A DNA stretch of 64,000 nt from a bacterium (GCA_963674695.2 CAXXGI010000001.1:1-64000); one strand, 5' to 3'. Counted from the stretch's first letter, positions 19,558-29,466 are shown. The notes: generated by a model from the letters alone, not told the origin. Numbers and translations are program-made.

Positions 19558-20991
19558 TTACGGACAATCATAACCGCCTCCACTATTTTTCTCCCTGAGC
19601 GCCTGACGCCTCCTGACAAAACCAAAGAAGGCAACAGGGGCGAGCAAGAGGAAAGCCCAGCATGCATTCGGTGGCATGGTGGTGCGTATGAGCGTGCTCG
19701 AACAGCTCGCGACTGGACTCGGCGCCATGGTGGTATAGGAAGATGTATCCGTGATCTGCAGACCAAAGGCGTCCGTTGCCGTCACCGTTGCGGTATTAGT
19801 GAACGGAATGGTCGCAGACTCTGGAATCGTATAATCGACGCTGAATCCAGAGGAAGCGTGTGACGCCAGATCGCCGATTTCATAACTCCAATCATCCCCA
19901 AAGAGAGGGTCCGTCACGGAAACATCGGTAAAACCTTCACTGCTGTTGTTATAGACCGTAAAATCATAGCTCACGGCATCGCCCGCAACGGCACTGGCTG
20001 GCCCAAACTTCAGGAGCGTGACCAACCCCGTCTGCAGGAAAACCGTGTGACTGTTTGTATCCGAAACCTCGGTGTCGGCCTTATCCGTTGCGGTAGCCGT
20101 GGCATTATTCTCCACGGACGTCGTTGCCGAATCCGGAATGGTGTAGTTTTTCTGAAAAGAAACCGTATCATTCTGCACAATCGGATCCAACGGATGAACG
20201 CCTTCCCAGAGAAGCGAGTCGGTAACACCAACATTGAACAATGTATCAGTGCCCGTGTTCTTCACCGTAAAGGTATAGGTGATGGTATCCCCCGGCGTCG
20301 CCTCATCAGGGCCGGTCTTCGTGAGAGAGATGGAGGGAAATAAAATAGAACCAACAACCTCGAACCCATCTGGCAATTGACCGCTCTCGCCATCGGCGTT
20401 TTCCACAACCACATCCCAATGGCCATCGTCGGCATCCGTGATATCGAACGAACACGTGATCTGCTCCGAAGAGACAACGGCAACATCGGTCGCGACAATA
20501 TCAGTCTCTCCCGATTTTCTGAGCCGAACAGCAGCCTCATCGCGAAAGTTGGTGCCGGCAAGGTTCGTGATATCGACAACTCCGTCATTCACCCCCACTT
20601 CCGGCGTAATCCCGGTTACGGTCGGCAGGGGGAACTCCACGGTAAAACCACCCGCAAGAGGGTCCGGCGTCTCCGCACCGGTAATGACGTTCACATCCCG
20701 AGCGCTGGACTCCGCATCAGGCTCAACGGTGATATTGGCGATGACATGGGTCGCATCGACAACAGCGGTACTGTTGACGGTGATACCGTTTCCAGAAAAT
20801 GTCGCCACAGAATCGCCCGTAACAAAGTGCGTCTCACTCCCCCTGATCTTCACATCGAGGGTCTCATTCTGACGAACACTTGTCGGGTGAACTGCTGCGA
20901 TGGAAGCGGCTGCCTGGCAAACCGATGAGAGCACAATGAGAACCAGAACAACCAAGAGACCGAATACAGACGGCAGCGTTTTTCTCTTCAT
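19558..20991 (-). CDS. Surface protein with Ig-like (IPT/TIG-like) and DUF11-type domains and a C-terminal membrane anchor
   Basis: Signal peptide; two KTGP..A..GD.ITYTFTV.N repeats; tail SC + hydrophobic helix + RRR. Confidence 0.8.
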   Translation of the reverse strand: MKRKTLPSVFGLLVVLVLIVLSSVCQAAASIAAVHPTSVRQNETLDVKIRGSETHFVTGDSVATFSGNGITVNSTAVVDATHVIANITVEPDAESSARDVNVITGAETPDPLAGGFTVEFPLPTVTGITPEVGVNDGVVDITNLAGTNFRDEAAVRLRKSGETDIVATDVAVVSSEQITCSFDITDADDGHWDVVVENADGESGQLPDGFEVVGSILFPSISLTKTGPDEATPGDTITYTFTVKNTGTDTLFNVGVTDSLLWEGVHPLDPIVQNDTVSFQKNYTIPDSATTSVENNATATATDKADTEVSDTNSHTVFLQTGLVTLLKFGPASAVAGDAVSYDFTVYNNSSEGFTDVSVTDPLFGDDWSYEIGDLASHASSGFSVDYTIPESATIPFTNTATVTATDAFGLQITDTSSYTTMAPSPVASCSSTLIRTTMPPNACWAFLLLAPVAFFGFVRRRQALREKNSGGGYDCP

Positions 20992-21096
20992 ATTCCCCCC
21001 AGAAACTTCATGTTCATGTATTCATAATCCCCGAAGCAGATTGAGAAGCTCAAGACGCACAGAAAACCCCCACACCCCCAGCTCTCACTTCCTTCA

Positions 21097-21127
21097 AAAA
21101 AAGCCCCGACAGCGAGCGGGGCTTTTG
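21097..21127. terminator. Intrinsic terminator, probably for the minus-strand gene ending at 21181
   Basis: AAAAAAGCCCCG-ACAGCGAG-CGGGGCTTTT. Confidence 0.7.
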
Positions 21128-21180
21128 GTGGTTGACCTTACCCCATACGGGGATGACAGCATTCCCCCCGTGGGGATTCA

Positions 21181-21738
21181 TTATTTTTTGGGGTAGGGAA
21201 GTGCCGAGTGATGCAAATTAATTCTCAACGCCCCATCGCCATCTTTGAAATATCCAAATGTATATTCAACCTTCACCTCTGCACCATCTTTCGGCGTAAA
21301 ATAATAATTGCCCATAGCAACGGCATAGTCATCATGAATGGAGGTCCCCGCATTTTCAAAACGAACCTTTGTCCACGGTTCCAGCGCGAAGCCCTCATCC
21401 TCGGGAAAGTTCTCATCACCTCCCACGAAGTAGGATATCGCCCCTTCTCGTGTCTTCCGAAATTGATCGTGCGTCGCCTTTGTGGGTGCAAAGAGCACAG
21501 GGTCGAACTGGTACGCATACCGCTCATCAACATGCTGTTCGGCGGCCTTCTTATAATCACCCCCATCTGAATAAACGCTCCCGATATGGACAACCCCATC
21601 CGCCCATATTTTCTGGGCCTCTCTGATTTCATCCTCCGTAATGCTTTTTTTCTTTGCGCAGCCCGCTGCAACGGCAAGAAAACCGATAAGGCTCAACGTG
21701 AGAGCGACCCTGAGATGATGTGACCGAGTGATCTTCAT
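21181..21738 (-). CDS. COG4337-like (iota-class carbonic anhydrase-type) lipoprotein
   Basis: AAGC lipobox; VLFAPTKA, FR...GAISYFVGG, EDEGFAL.PW..VRFEN, AMGNYYF, KVEYTFGY, LHHSALPY. Confidence 0.75.
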   Translation of the reverse strand: MKITRSHHLRVALTLSLIGFLAVAAGCAKKKSITEDEIREAQKIWADGVVHIGSVYSDGGDYKKAAEQHVDERYAYQFDPVLFAPTKATHDQFRKTREGAISYFVGGDENFPEDEGFALEPWTKVRFENAGTSIHDDYAVAMGNYYFTPKDGAEVKVEYTFGYFKDGDGALRINLHHSALPYPKK

Positions 21739-21888
21739 TGCATCCCCCTTTTTTATCTGCACCTTTCTTGTATACAGGACGAACATCCCATTGGAAAGCT
21801 TCATCGTTCTCCCCCCCATCCAGAGAAAAACTTGCGATTGCTGGCCCTATCCAGTAAATTATTTTCTCCACAAGAAAAGGGGGAAAAT

Positions 21889-23331
21889 ATGAAAACACGT
21901 TCAACCATTGTTGGAATCCTGGCTCTCGCCACCATCCTCTCTCTGGGGCTCGGGTGTGGTTCATCCGGCAGTTCGAGCGGGAGCAACGTCACCATCACCG
22001 GAACGCTCGCCACGGGGGATATTTCCGCCATGACGACCAAGGCGGGCGTGGCTGCATCTGGATATACCGTCGTCGTCCACAACAACGCCAGCAACCAGAC
22101 ATATAACGCCACCACCGACGCGACCGGATCCTTCTCCGTCCAGGCTCCGTCGGGATCGGACTATATGATAAGCCTGGTGAGCGACGGCTCCTACATCGGA
22201 CCCATTGTCTTCGATGGCTCAGGCACATCGGTCAACACCGCGATCACGCTGGCCGGCGATACCGCACTCGGCACCACAACCGTCGACACCACCAATGGCT
22301 ATGCCCGCACAGCGACAGCTCCGCTGACGGTAGCCAGCGGCGTTACCGCCGTCGCGGTGAACGGCATCCCCGTCGGCTCGGGAAATGACGGCTCAACCGA
22401 ACAGACCGGCATCACCAATCGCGACGACTCCGACATGGATCAGGATGGCATTCCCAACCTCTTCGATGCCGATGAGGACAACGACGGCTTTCGCAACGGC
22501 ATCGCGGTGGAGCCGAGCACCTTGAGCGTGGTGAGCACCTCTGTCGATCAGGTCTACATGAGCAGCAACATCTGGGCCGATCACGGCATCCTGACCTCTG
22601 GCACAGCGCCGGCCGACATCGCTCCGGAACTCATCGCGCTGCGACTGCATGTCGTGCCCATCTCCGGACAGGAGAGCATGTTCGCAAGCGTTGCCTGCTC
22701 GAGCGTTCCGGCCTCCATCGCCACGGACGCAACGGTTCGCTATGCCGACTCACTCGGCAACCCAACGAGCTATCCGACGGAAGGATCGCTCTGGAGTGCC
22801 GCGAGCTACGGCCTCTATAACACCACGACGCTCACGCCCGAGGAATGGATCATCTCCATCGCTCCCAACCAGCCGATGAACATCGGGGACACGTTTTCCA
22901 TCCTGGTGACCTATACCGATTCAACCACCGAGACGTTCTACATCTCTATGCCGTACGTGCTCACCGACTGGGCGCGCATTCTCACCTATAACAGTACCAC
23001 CATGCCCAACACCGAAGGCACGAGCGACAATCCGGTTGTACTCACCACCAACACACTGGAGATTGATTTCAGCAAACCCCGCGATGAAACCGGCGTGGTC
23101 CTGGCAGGTCTGAGCTATTCCGTGCGATATGGGCCCTCGACCTGGGATGCCGCTGCCGGCCGCTGGTTGGTGCCGAGCAGTCCGACCGAAGCCAGCACCA
23201 CAACCTGCGATGCCGACTCCTGCACCTATACGCTCACGGTCCCCACCGGTGAAACCTACTACGTTACGCCGGTGGCCGAATCGGTCGACGGGCAGCGCAA
23301 CGGCGAAGAAACCTGGTTCACGGGACCGTAA
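21889..23331 (+). CDS. T/S-rich lipoprotein with a DxDxDG Ca-binding motif, unknown function
   Basis: AAGGGGG RBS; LGLGC lipobox; carboxypeptidase-regulatory-like ATTDATGSFSV; DMDQDGIPNLFDADEDNDG. Confidence 0.85.
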   Translation: MKTRSTIVGILALATILSLGLGCGSSGSSSGSNVTITGTLATGDISAMTTKAGVAASGYTVVVHNNASNQTYNATTDATGSFSVQAPSGSDYMISLVSDGSYIGPIVFDGSGTSVNTAITLAGDTALGTTTVDTTNGYARTATAPLTVASGVTAVAVNGIPVGSGNDGSTEQTGITNRDDSDMDQDGIPNLFDADEDNDGFRNGIAVEPSTLSVVSTSVDQVYMSSNIWADHGILTSGTAPADIAPELIALRLHVVPISGQESMFASVACSSVPASIATDATVRYADSLGNPTSYPTEGSLWSAASYGLYNTTTLTPEEWIISIAPNQPMNIGDTFSILVTYTDSTTETFYISMPYVLTDWARILTYNSTTMPNTEGTSDNPVVLTTNTLEIDFSKPRDETGVVLAGLSYSVRYGPSTWDAAAGRWLVPSSPTEASTTTCDADSCTYTLTVPTGETYYVTPVAESVDGQRNGEETWFTGP

Positions 23332-23350
23332 TATCGTGAACGCTCGATAC

Positions 23351-23382
23351 AAAAAACGCCCCCTCGCGGGGGCGTTTTTTTT
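23351..23382. terminator. Bidirectional intrinsic terminator
   Basis: AAAAAACGCCCCC-TCGC-GGGGGCGTTTTTTT between convergent genes. Confidence 0.85.
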
Positions 23383-23399
23383 CATCACATCATCGATAT

Positions 23400-23765
23400 T
23401 TATTCGCAGTTTCCCGTCGTCGCGGTGTGGTCCGTGAGGAGATAAATGCAGAAGTCGCCGCCGCTCCAGGTGAGCCCTTTGCTGTAGGTGTCGCCGTCGG
23501 GCCATTCATAGTCGCCCATGATATCATCGGTGTCGTTGCCACAGACCTTGTTCGACGCGCCGTCGGCGAGCGTGAACGTATCGAACTGGATGCCGGAGAG
23601 TGTATTGGCGCTGACGATGACCGTCTCGCCCGACTCATTGACGAACGTGGTCCCGCCGCAACCGCCGCCGCTCCCACAACCGGACGTCTGCAGCAGAAAC
23701 AACACCCCGACAAGAACGACCACCAAGGCGGTCAAAACCGATACCACGCAAGCACTCTTTTTCAT
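23400..23765 (-). CDS. Small exported or lipoprotein-like protein
   Basis: AGGAGGGG RBS; hydrophobic N-terminus then TSGCGSGGGC. Confidence 0.75.
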   Translation of the reverse strand: MKKSACVVSVLTALVVVLVGVLFLLQTSGCGSGGGCGGTTFVNESGETVIVSANTLSGIQFDTFTLADGASNKVCGNDTDDIMGDYEWPDGDTYSKGLTWSGGDFCIYLLTDHTATTGNCE

Positions 23766-23964
23766 GTCCCCCTCCTGAATGAAGTGAAAATCAAATCTAT
23801 TTTAAAACACTGTCGTCCTGAAGACAACGTGTTTTCCCAGAGCGACCGCCATCATATCATCTATTCGCATCAGCGCCATCACGCGCAGGCATTTTGTCAC
23901 GCAATTCCATTGTCCCGCACGCCCACCTCCTCTATAATCGCCGCACGTCATCCACGGGGGATCC

Positions 23965-25431
23965 ATGAGCGAAGCCACCATTCCGAAAAAACTCAAACAG
24001 CCGCGCGTCATCTACCTGTCGTTCTTCACCGCGATGTGCGAACGCTTCGGCTACTACATCATCGGGTTCCTGCTCACCCTCTATGTCAAAAGCGTCTACA
24101 ACTTCTCCGATGCGCAGGCCTTTGCTGCCTTTGGCCTCTTCACCGCGCTGGGATACCTGACCCCCGCCATCGGCGGCTATCTGGCCGACCATGTCATCGG
24201 CATCAAGCGCTGTCTCGGGCTCGGGCTCATCCTGGAGGCGTCGGGTTATGTCTTGCTCGCCATCCCCTCCCCCGATCCCGTCCTCTTCTACACCGCCCTG
24301 GGCGCCATTATCGTGGGCGCAGGCATCTTCAAGACCGCGCCGACCAACATCCTGGGGCGCGCCTATGACGACAACGACCCGCGCATCGACAGCGGATTTA
24401 CGCTCTATTATATGGGCATCAACATCGGATCGCTCGCCTCCTCGCTGATCGCCGGCAGCATCCAGGAGGCCTACGGATGGCATGTGCCCTTCCTCTTCGC
24501 CGCCGCCGGCCTCGCCGTCGGCTTCATCTGGTTCATCTTTTTCAAGCATCACGCCAAAAATCGGGAATCGAGTGCGGGCCTGCGCCCCTTCTCGATCGGC
24601 AAGTGGGCACTGACCATCCTGGGCTCCTGCATGAGCGTCGCCCTCTTCGCCTACTTGATGAGCAACGCGTTCGTCGCCAACATCTGCTTCTATGCCGGCA
24701 CCGCTATCGTCATGCTCTATTTTCTCTATGAGATCATCGTGAGCCCCAAAGAGGAGAAGCTGCGCATCATCGTCTGCCTTATCTTGATCTTCATGGCGGT
24801 GGTCTTCTTCATCCTCTACTTTCAGCTCTACACCTCGATGGATCTGTTCATCGAACGCAACATCGAGCGAACGATTTTCGGCTTCACCGTTCCCACGCCC
24901 TATTTCCTCGGACTCAACGGATTCTGGATCATCGCGCTCTCGCCACTGTATGCCTGGCTCTACAAGGCGCTGGAACGGAAACACTGCGATCCGTCGATCA
25001 CGACGAAGTTTCCGATGGGAATTCTGCTCATCGCCACCTGTTTCTTTTCGCTGGCGTTTGCCTGCCGATACTTCGCCACACCCGCCGCCACCATCTCGCC
25101 GCTCTGGATGGTGCTGGCCCTCTTCCTCTATTCGGCAGGCGAACTCCTCACCAGCGCCCTGGGCGTTGCGATGATCACGCGAATCGCGCCGACGCGCATG
25201 TACGGCATCATGATGGGATCCTGGTTTCTCATCGCGTTTGCGCTGGCCGCCGAACTCTCCGGACGCGTGGCAGCGCTCGCCAGCGTCCCCGAACATCTTC
25301 AGCACGATCTGCACGCGGCGCTCGCCATCTATTCCGGCGCCTTCGTCAAGATGGGGCTGATGGGATTGGCGGTCGCCATTCTGGGGTTCATCGCCAGTCC
25401 GTGGCTGAGAAAGAAGGCGGGGCTGGCATAA
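23965..25431 (+). CDS. Proton-dependent oligopeptide transporter (POT/PTR family, MFS)
   Basis: ERFGYY, GGYLAD..IG, GIFK, DSGFTLYYMGINIGS, GELLTS. Confidence 0.93.
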   Translation: MSEATIPKKLKQPRVIYLSFFTAMCERFGYYIIGFLLTLYVKSVYNFSDAQAFAAFGLFTALGYLTPAIGGYLADHVIGIKRCLGLGLILEASGYVLLAIPSPDPVLFYTALGAIIVGAGIFKTAPTNILGRAYDDNDPRIDSGFTLYYMGINIGSLASSLIAGSIQEAYGWHVPFLFAAAGLAVGFIWFIFFKHHAKNRESSAGLRPFSIGKWALTILGSCMSVALFAYLMSNAFVANICFYAGTAIVMLYFLYEIIVSPKEEKLRIIVCLILIFMAVVFFILYFQLYTSMDLFIERNIERTIFGFTVPTPYFLGLNGFWIIALSPLYAWLYKALERKHCDPSITTKFPMGILLIATCFFSLAFACRYFATPAATISPLWMVLALFLYSAGELLTSALGVAMITRIAPTRMYGIMMGSWFLIAFALAAELSGRVAALASVPEHLQHDLHAALAIYSGAFVKMGLMGLAVAILGFIASPWLRKKAGLA

Positions 25432-25676
25432 TGCATTTCATCTACATCCTCAAATGCGCGGACGATTCGCTCTATACCGGCTACACGACCGACGTCGCGC
25501 GGCGGGTTGCCGAACACAATGCGGGAGAGGGCAGCCGGATCACGCGCTCCAAACGCCCCTGCGATCTCGTGCATCAGGAATCGTTCGAGACTCGGAGTGC
25601 GGCTATGAAACGCGAGGCCGAGATCAAGCGCTGGCCGCGCGCGGAGAAACTGGCGTTGATTGGTCAGGACACATGA
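25431..25676 (+). CDS. GIY-YIG nuclease (YhbQ/UPF0213-like)
   Basis: IYILKCADDSLYTGYTTD..RR..EHNAG.G...T...RP...A.KRE..IK; start overlaps the transporter stop. Confidence 0.92.
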   Translation: MHFIYILKCADDSLYTGYTTDVARRVAEHNAGEGSRITRSKRPCDLVHQESFETRSAAMKREAEIKRWPRAEKLALIGQDT

Positions 25677-25683
25677 CACCCCG

Positions 25684-26124
25684 TTACGGCGCGACCGCAA
25701 AGGGATCATCATCTTCCTCATCATCCTCCGCCTCAACCTCCGCTCGCACGCTGCACCACGGGCCCTGGAAACACTCTTCACACCAACCGCCGCAGCCGTT
25801 GAAGACCATGCGCATATCGCCCGGCGTGGAGAGCCCCTCGGTGACCAGCGCAAGGTATTGTCCATACAGCGCACGCACCTTGAGCGGTGTTGCGCGGTCG
25901 AGTTCGACGTCGAACCCGCGGCCAGCCAAATGCTGCTCCAACGCATCGCACTGCTGCTGGGTGCGTTCAACCTCCTCCGGAGGAAGATGCGAATCAAATG
26001 TGGAAGGCAGACAAAAGTCCCCCATCTCCTCCACGCGTTGGTCGATGATGTCGTCGATCGCATCCGACTCCTTCATCATCCGCTCATACTTCTGACACTC
26101 CTCGATGAATGCTTTGCGATTCAT
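25684..26124 (-). CDS. Hypothetical protein with C-terminal [14 protein letters not shown] Cys cluster
   Basis: AAGGGAGG RBS before ATG 26124, overlapping the native stop of the upstream ORF6N gene. Confidence 0.75.
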   Translation of the reverse strand: MNRKAFIEECQKYERMMKESDAIDDIIDQRVEEMGDFCLPSTFDSHLPPEEVERTQQQCDALEQHLAGRGFDVELDRATPLKVRALYGQYLALVTEGLSTPGDMRMVFNGCGGWCEECFQGPWCSVRAEVEAEDDEEDDDPFAVAP

Positions 26125-26814
26125 AGATCCTCCCTTTCGAGTGTGAAGCCGATCGATTTTTCGGTCGGCAATGGAATCATCATCTGTCGGATGGCATCGA
26201 AGACCACCTTGAACTGGGCATCGTATTTCTGCTCCAGGGCATTGAGCTTCCGGGCCAGGTCCTCGTGGGAGGAGAGCATCGCTCGCAAGCGCACGAACGC
26301 GCGCATGATCTCGATGTTGACCTAGGAGCCTGTCGGAGAACCCTCCGACTGCAAATTTCGCTGGCATCTGCCTGACGGCGTCAGATTTCGGGAAAAACCC
26401 GTCAATGTAGCTACGGCTACACCTCCGGGTTTTTCCCTCATCTTCCTTGTCAGTCAGCGCCATCAAAATTTTCGTTTTCGTCGGGTTCTCCGACAGGCTC
26501 CTAGCCGCCCGCTTGCTCCGCAGGACGCTGGAGAGCATGGCCACGCCCTGTTCGGTGAAGGCATAGGGCATAGCTCGACGCACTCCGCCCCAACTTGAAA
26601 TCACAATTTGTGATTTCAAGATTACAACTTCTTGTTTTGTAAGCTGAAATGCGAAGTCCGACGGAAAGCGTTCCCGATTTCGTTTCACCGCCTGGATGAG
26701 CACCCTCGGTTCGACCTCATAGAGCGCGGCGAGTTCATCGCTCAGCATGACGTTCATGCCGCGTATGAGATAGATCCTCTGCTGAATCCGACCGCCCTGT
26801 ATCTGCGTCTCCAC
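26121..26814 (-). pseudogene. ORF6N-domain DNA-binding protein interrupted by a MITE
   Basis: N-half IYLIRG..VML..LA.LY.V...QAVKRNRERFPSDF..PYAFTEQGVAMLSSVLRSKRA; C-half [13 protein letters not shown]...[14 protein letters not shown] lies in another frame beyond the insertion. Confidence 0.85.
26326..26500. mobile_element. 175-bp MITE with 18-bp perfect terminal inverted repeats, flanked by CTAG on both sides
   Basis: CTAG|GAGCCTGTCGGAGAACCC...GGGTTCTCCGACAGGCTC|CTAG; internal hairpin GGGAAAAACCCG..TGTAGC-TACG-GCTACA..CGGGTTTTTCCC. Confidence 0.92.
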
Positions 26815-26842
26815 TGGCACCTCCCAGGTCACCTCAGCAAAA

Positions 26843-26859
26843 AGCAAGGAGCGTGCCAA
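26843..26859 (-). promoter_or_regulatory. Sigma54 promoter of the ORF6N gene
   Basis: TTGGCAC-GCTCC-TTGCT matches the -24/-12 consensus. Confidence 0.8.
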
Positions 26860-26921
26860 AGAGGGCCTCCATCTATCCAATTGAAATCAGGCGTGTTTTA
26901 TCAAATGGGCCGAGCCGGGGG

Positions 26922-26959
26922 TGCCGCCATTTGCAGCAGCGGTGCCGAAAAACGCAGCA
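26922..26959. promoter_or_regulatory. Tandem enhancer-like sites for a sigma54 activator
   Basis: TGCCGC-CATTT-GCAGCA and TGCCGA-AAAAC-GCAGCA, about -90 to -127 from the predicted +1; the first site is identical to 55333-55349. Confidence 0.65.
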
Positions 26960-27011
26960 CCCCACCATCTCGATGCATGCGCCAAAGCCGAAAATCCCCT
27001 TTCAAAACCGC

Positions 27012-27038
27012 GCAACCTTTGTCAGACGCAGCCGATAC
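27012..27038 (+). promoter_or_regulatory. Recurrent sigma28-like promoter motif (GCAACCT-N12-GCCGATAC)
   Basis: Followed by AGGAG RBS and ATG 27059. Confidence 0.65.
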
Positions 27039-27058
27039 GAATGTGACCAGGAGAGACG

Positions 27059-28536
27059 ATGACGATCTATACACTCCCGATGCTCCCCGGCGCCGTGGCG
27101 CTCTCGCCCGGTATGCAGGTCTTCGGTACCGAGGAGAGCATCATCGGCGACAAGGCGGGCGCGCTGCTCGAATATGGCGATGCGATCGAAGCGGCCGGGT
27201 TCGACACCCCGCCGCGCGTCGTCTTTCCGCAGGAGATGCTCGACGAAGTCGTGCGCGCAAACAACTGGGGCGAAAGCATCGATTCCATTTATTTCAGCGT
27301 CTTCACGAACCTCCCCAAAACAGAGATCCCTGCCTCCGTGGAGACCCCTATTGCCCAAGCAGCGAGCGCCATCCGCGAAAAATGGGGGGATGTCCCCATC
27401 GCCGTTCGTTCCACTGCGGGCAGAGATGCTCGCGGTACGGGGGTCTATACCTCGCACATCGTCGCCAACGAACCCCGAGCCATTCGATGGGCATTCCTTG
27501 ACGTCCTCGAGAGTTTCTTTACATCAAGTGCACGCGAATGGCGCCGGCTCACAAACGCACCGAAGAAATTTGCCATCATGATGGAACCGATGGTGGGTCA
27601 GGAGATCGCGATCGACGAAACACGGCGCATGGCGCCGATCCTCTCGGGGATGGGATATTCCTCCTCCTATACGGGAGCGGGTTTCCTCAAGAAGACCTAC
27701 GGCATCGGCGGCGGTTCTGGGCAAAAACTGACACGCATGCTCCTGGCCGACTATGACTTCGATGCCGGGCGACTCTTCCAGGACGGCGGGATCCTCAGGG
27801 GACATCCCTTCTGCGACGTCGCCTATGAGAATGATAGCGACTCCAGACTCATCACGGCACAACCAAGCGGAATCGACCACACCTCCCTCCATCGACTCAT
27901 TCAGGATGTCAGCTACCTCCCAATCCTCTCAGGGCTCGAGATGCTCCAAGAAGCCACGGGCAAGCCCATGTACATCGAATGGGCCGTGCGGCGACACGAG
28001 GGGCGACAACAGAACTTCCTCACGCAGATCGCGCCGATCGAGCCGGAGACGGATATCTGGGAATTCGGGACCGTCGATTCGGCGCTGCTGCACATGAGGG
28101 ACGTCCGCCGCGGGCACGATGCGGATATCGCGCGGTCGTCTTCGCCCAGAGTCCATATCAGCTCCCCTCGCTGGCGTCGTTCAATGCGCAAGGCAATCCG
28201 TTTCTCCTGATGTATGGAGAGGGCCTTCTCGGTTCCCAATTTCTGCAACGGGACTGCCCGCTTCAGGTCGAACACGTCTCCAACGCATCGGCGCTGATGA
28301 TGGCGCCAGGGGTGCAGACCACCCCGGGATGGGAGGAGCACCTCCGGGGATTGTCCGAATCGCTCGGCGTGATGATCGGCGACGGCACGGTCATGGATGC
28401 CGGCGAGCTCTTCGCAAACATCAGACATTTTACGCTGGAGAACGGCCTCTCCATCTATCGCCGCCCGATGCGCATTCGTTACTCCTCTTCCCGGCGGGTG
28501 GCGGTCGTCACGCCGCGGGAAGCGGGATTGAAATAG
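27059..28536 (+). pseudogene. Divergent PEP-synthase/PPDK N-terminal (ATP-grasp)-like protein, apparently frameshifted near 28100-28125
   Basis: IGDKA, PIAVRSTA..DARGTGVYTS, AIMMEPMVG, IEWAV, FLTQI; protein-like reading continues in a second frame to TAG 28536. Confidence 0.6.
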
Positions 28537-28602
28537 GGCTTTCAAAACGCAGCTGCTTTCGTTAGGAACCATCACACGGAAGCAACCATCCAGGAGGGCG
28601 GC

Positions 28603-29289
28603 ATGCAGGGACTGACGATCGGTATCGCCGGGGGATCCGGCTCGGGCAAGACCACCATCGGGCGCAAGATCATGAAGCGCGTCGGCGCCGGCCGCATCAG
28701 CTTCCTGGAGATGGACTGCTACTACCATGACCTCTCGCACCTGCCGCTTGAGCAGCGCTTGCAGAACAACTTCGACCACCCCGCCTCGCTCGACATCGAG
28801 CTCTTCGCCGAACACATCCGGATGCTCAAGAACGGCATCGACGTCGAAAAACCGCAGTACGACTTCGTGACGCACTCGCGCGTGGCGACCACCACGACCG
28901 TCAAAGCCCACCCGGTGATCATCGTCGAGGGGATCCTGCTCTATGAAAACCCGGCGGTGCGCGAGCTCATCGACATCAAGGCCTATGTCGACACGCCCGC
29001 CGACCTGCGCTTCATCCGGCGCCTCACGCGCGACCTTGAAGAACGCGGCCGCACGCCGCAGACGGTGGTGAAGCAGTATGCCGAGACGGTGCGCCCGATG
29101 CACATGACCTTTGTCGAACCCACGCGGGAGCTCGCGGACATCATCATCCCCTGGCAGGATTACAACGAGGTTGCCATCGACATGGTCATCCACCGCGTCG
29201 AAGGGGGCCTCACCTCCCGCATCCAGAAGGAAAACGTCGTCAGCATTAACGAGCGCGCCGTCGCTGCTTCGAACTCAATCAGGGAATAA
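28603..29289 (+). CDS. udk: Uridine kinase
   Basis: IGIAGGSGSGKTT, DCYY, NFDHP, IIVEGIL, RFIRRLTRD..ERGR, VRPMH..FVEPT..ADIIIP. Confidence 0.96.
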   Translation: MQGLTIGIAGGSGSGKTTIGRKIMKRVGAGRISFLEMDCYYHDLSHLPLEQRLQNNFDHPASLDIELFAEHIRMLKNGIDVEKPQYDFVTHSRVATTTTVKAHPVIIVEGILLYENPAVRELIDIKAYVDTPADLRFIRRLTRDLEERGRTPQTVVKQYAETVRPMHMTFVEPTRELADIIIPWQDYNEVAIDMVIHRVEGGLTSRIQKENVVSINERAVAASNSIRE

Positions 29290-29323
29290 GCCTCTCCTTC
29301 TCATCCCCGAGCAATTAACGATT

Positions 29324-29407
29324 GTCACCCCCGAAGGCTGTAATCGGGGGTCCAGACCGTGTTTGTACAGCATGACTGGATCCCCGACTCAAGCACTCGG
29401 GGATGAC
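29324..29407. repeat. REP-like element, variant subtype
   Basis: GTCACCCCCGA...TCGGGGGTCCAG...CTGGATCCCCGA...TCGGGGATGAC. Confidence 0.75.
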
Positions 29408-29411
29408 AGAC

Positions 29412-29448
29412 AAAAAAAGCCCCTCGCTTTTGCGAAGGGCTTTTTTTC
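29412..29448. terminator. Bidirectional intrinsic terminator
   Basis: AAAAAAAGCCCCTCGC-TTTT-GCGAAGGGCTTTTTTT. Confidence 0.85.
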
Positions 29449-29466
29449 GTCCTGAAATATCGTTCC

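Noticed and set aside
25684-26880. 398-aa ORF as one ancestral gene
   Set aside because: It is a composite of the ORF6N N-half, MITE sequence, an off-frame C-half and a separate gene with its own RBS.
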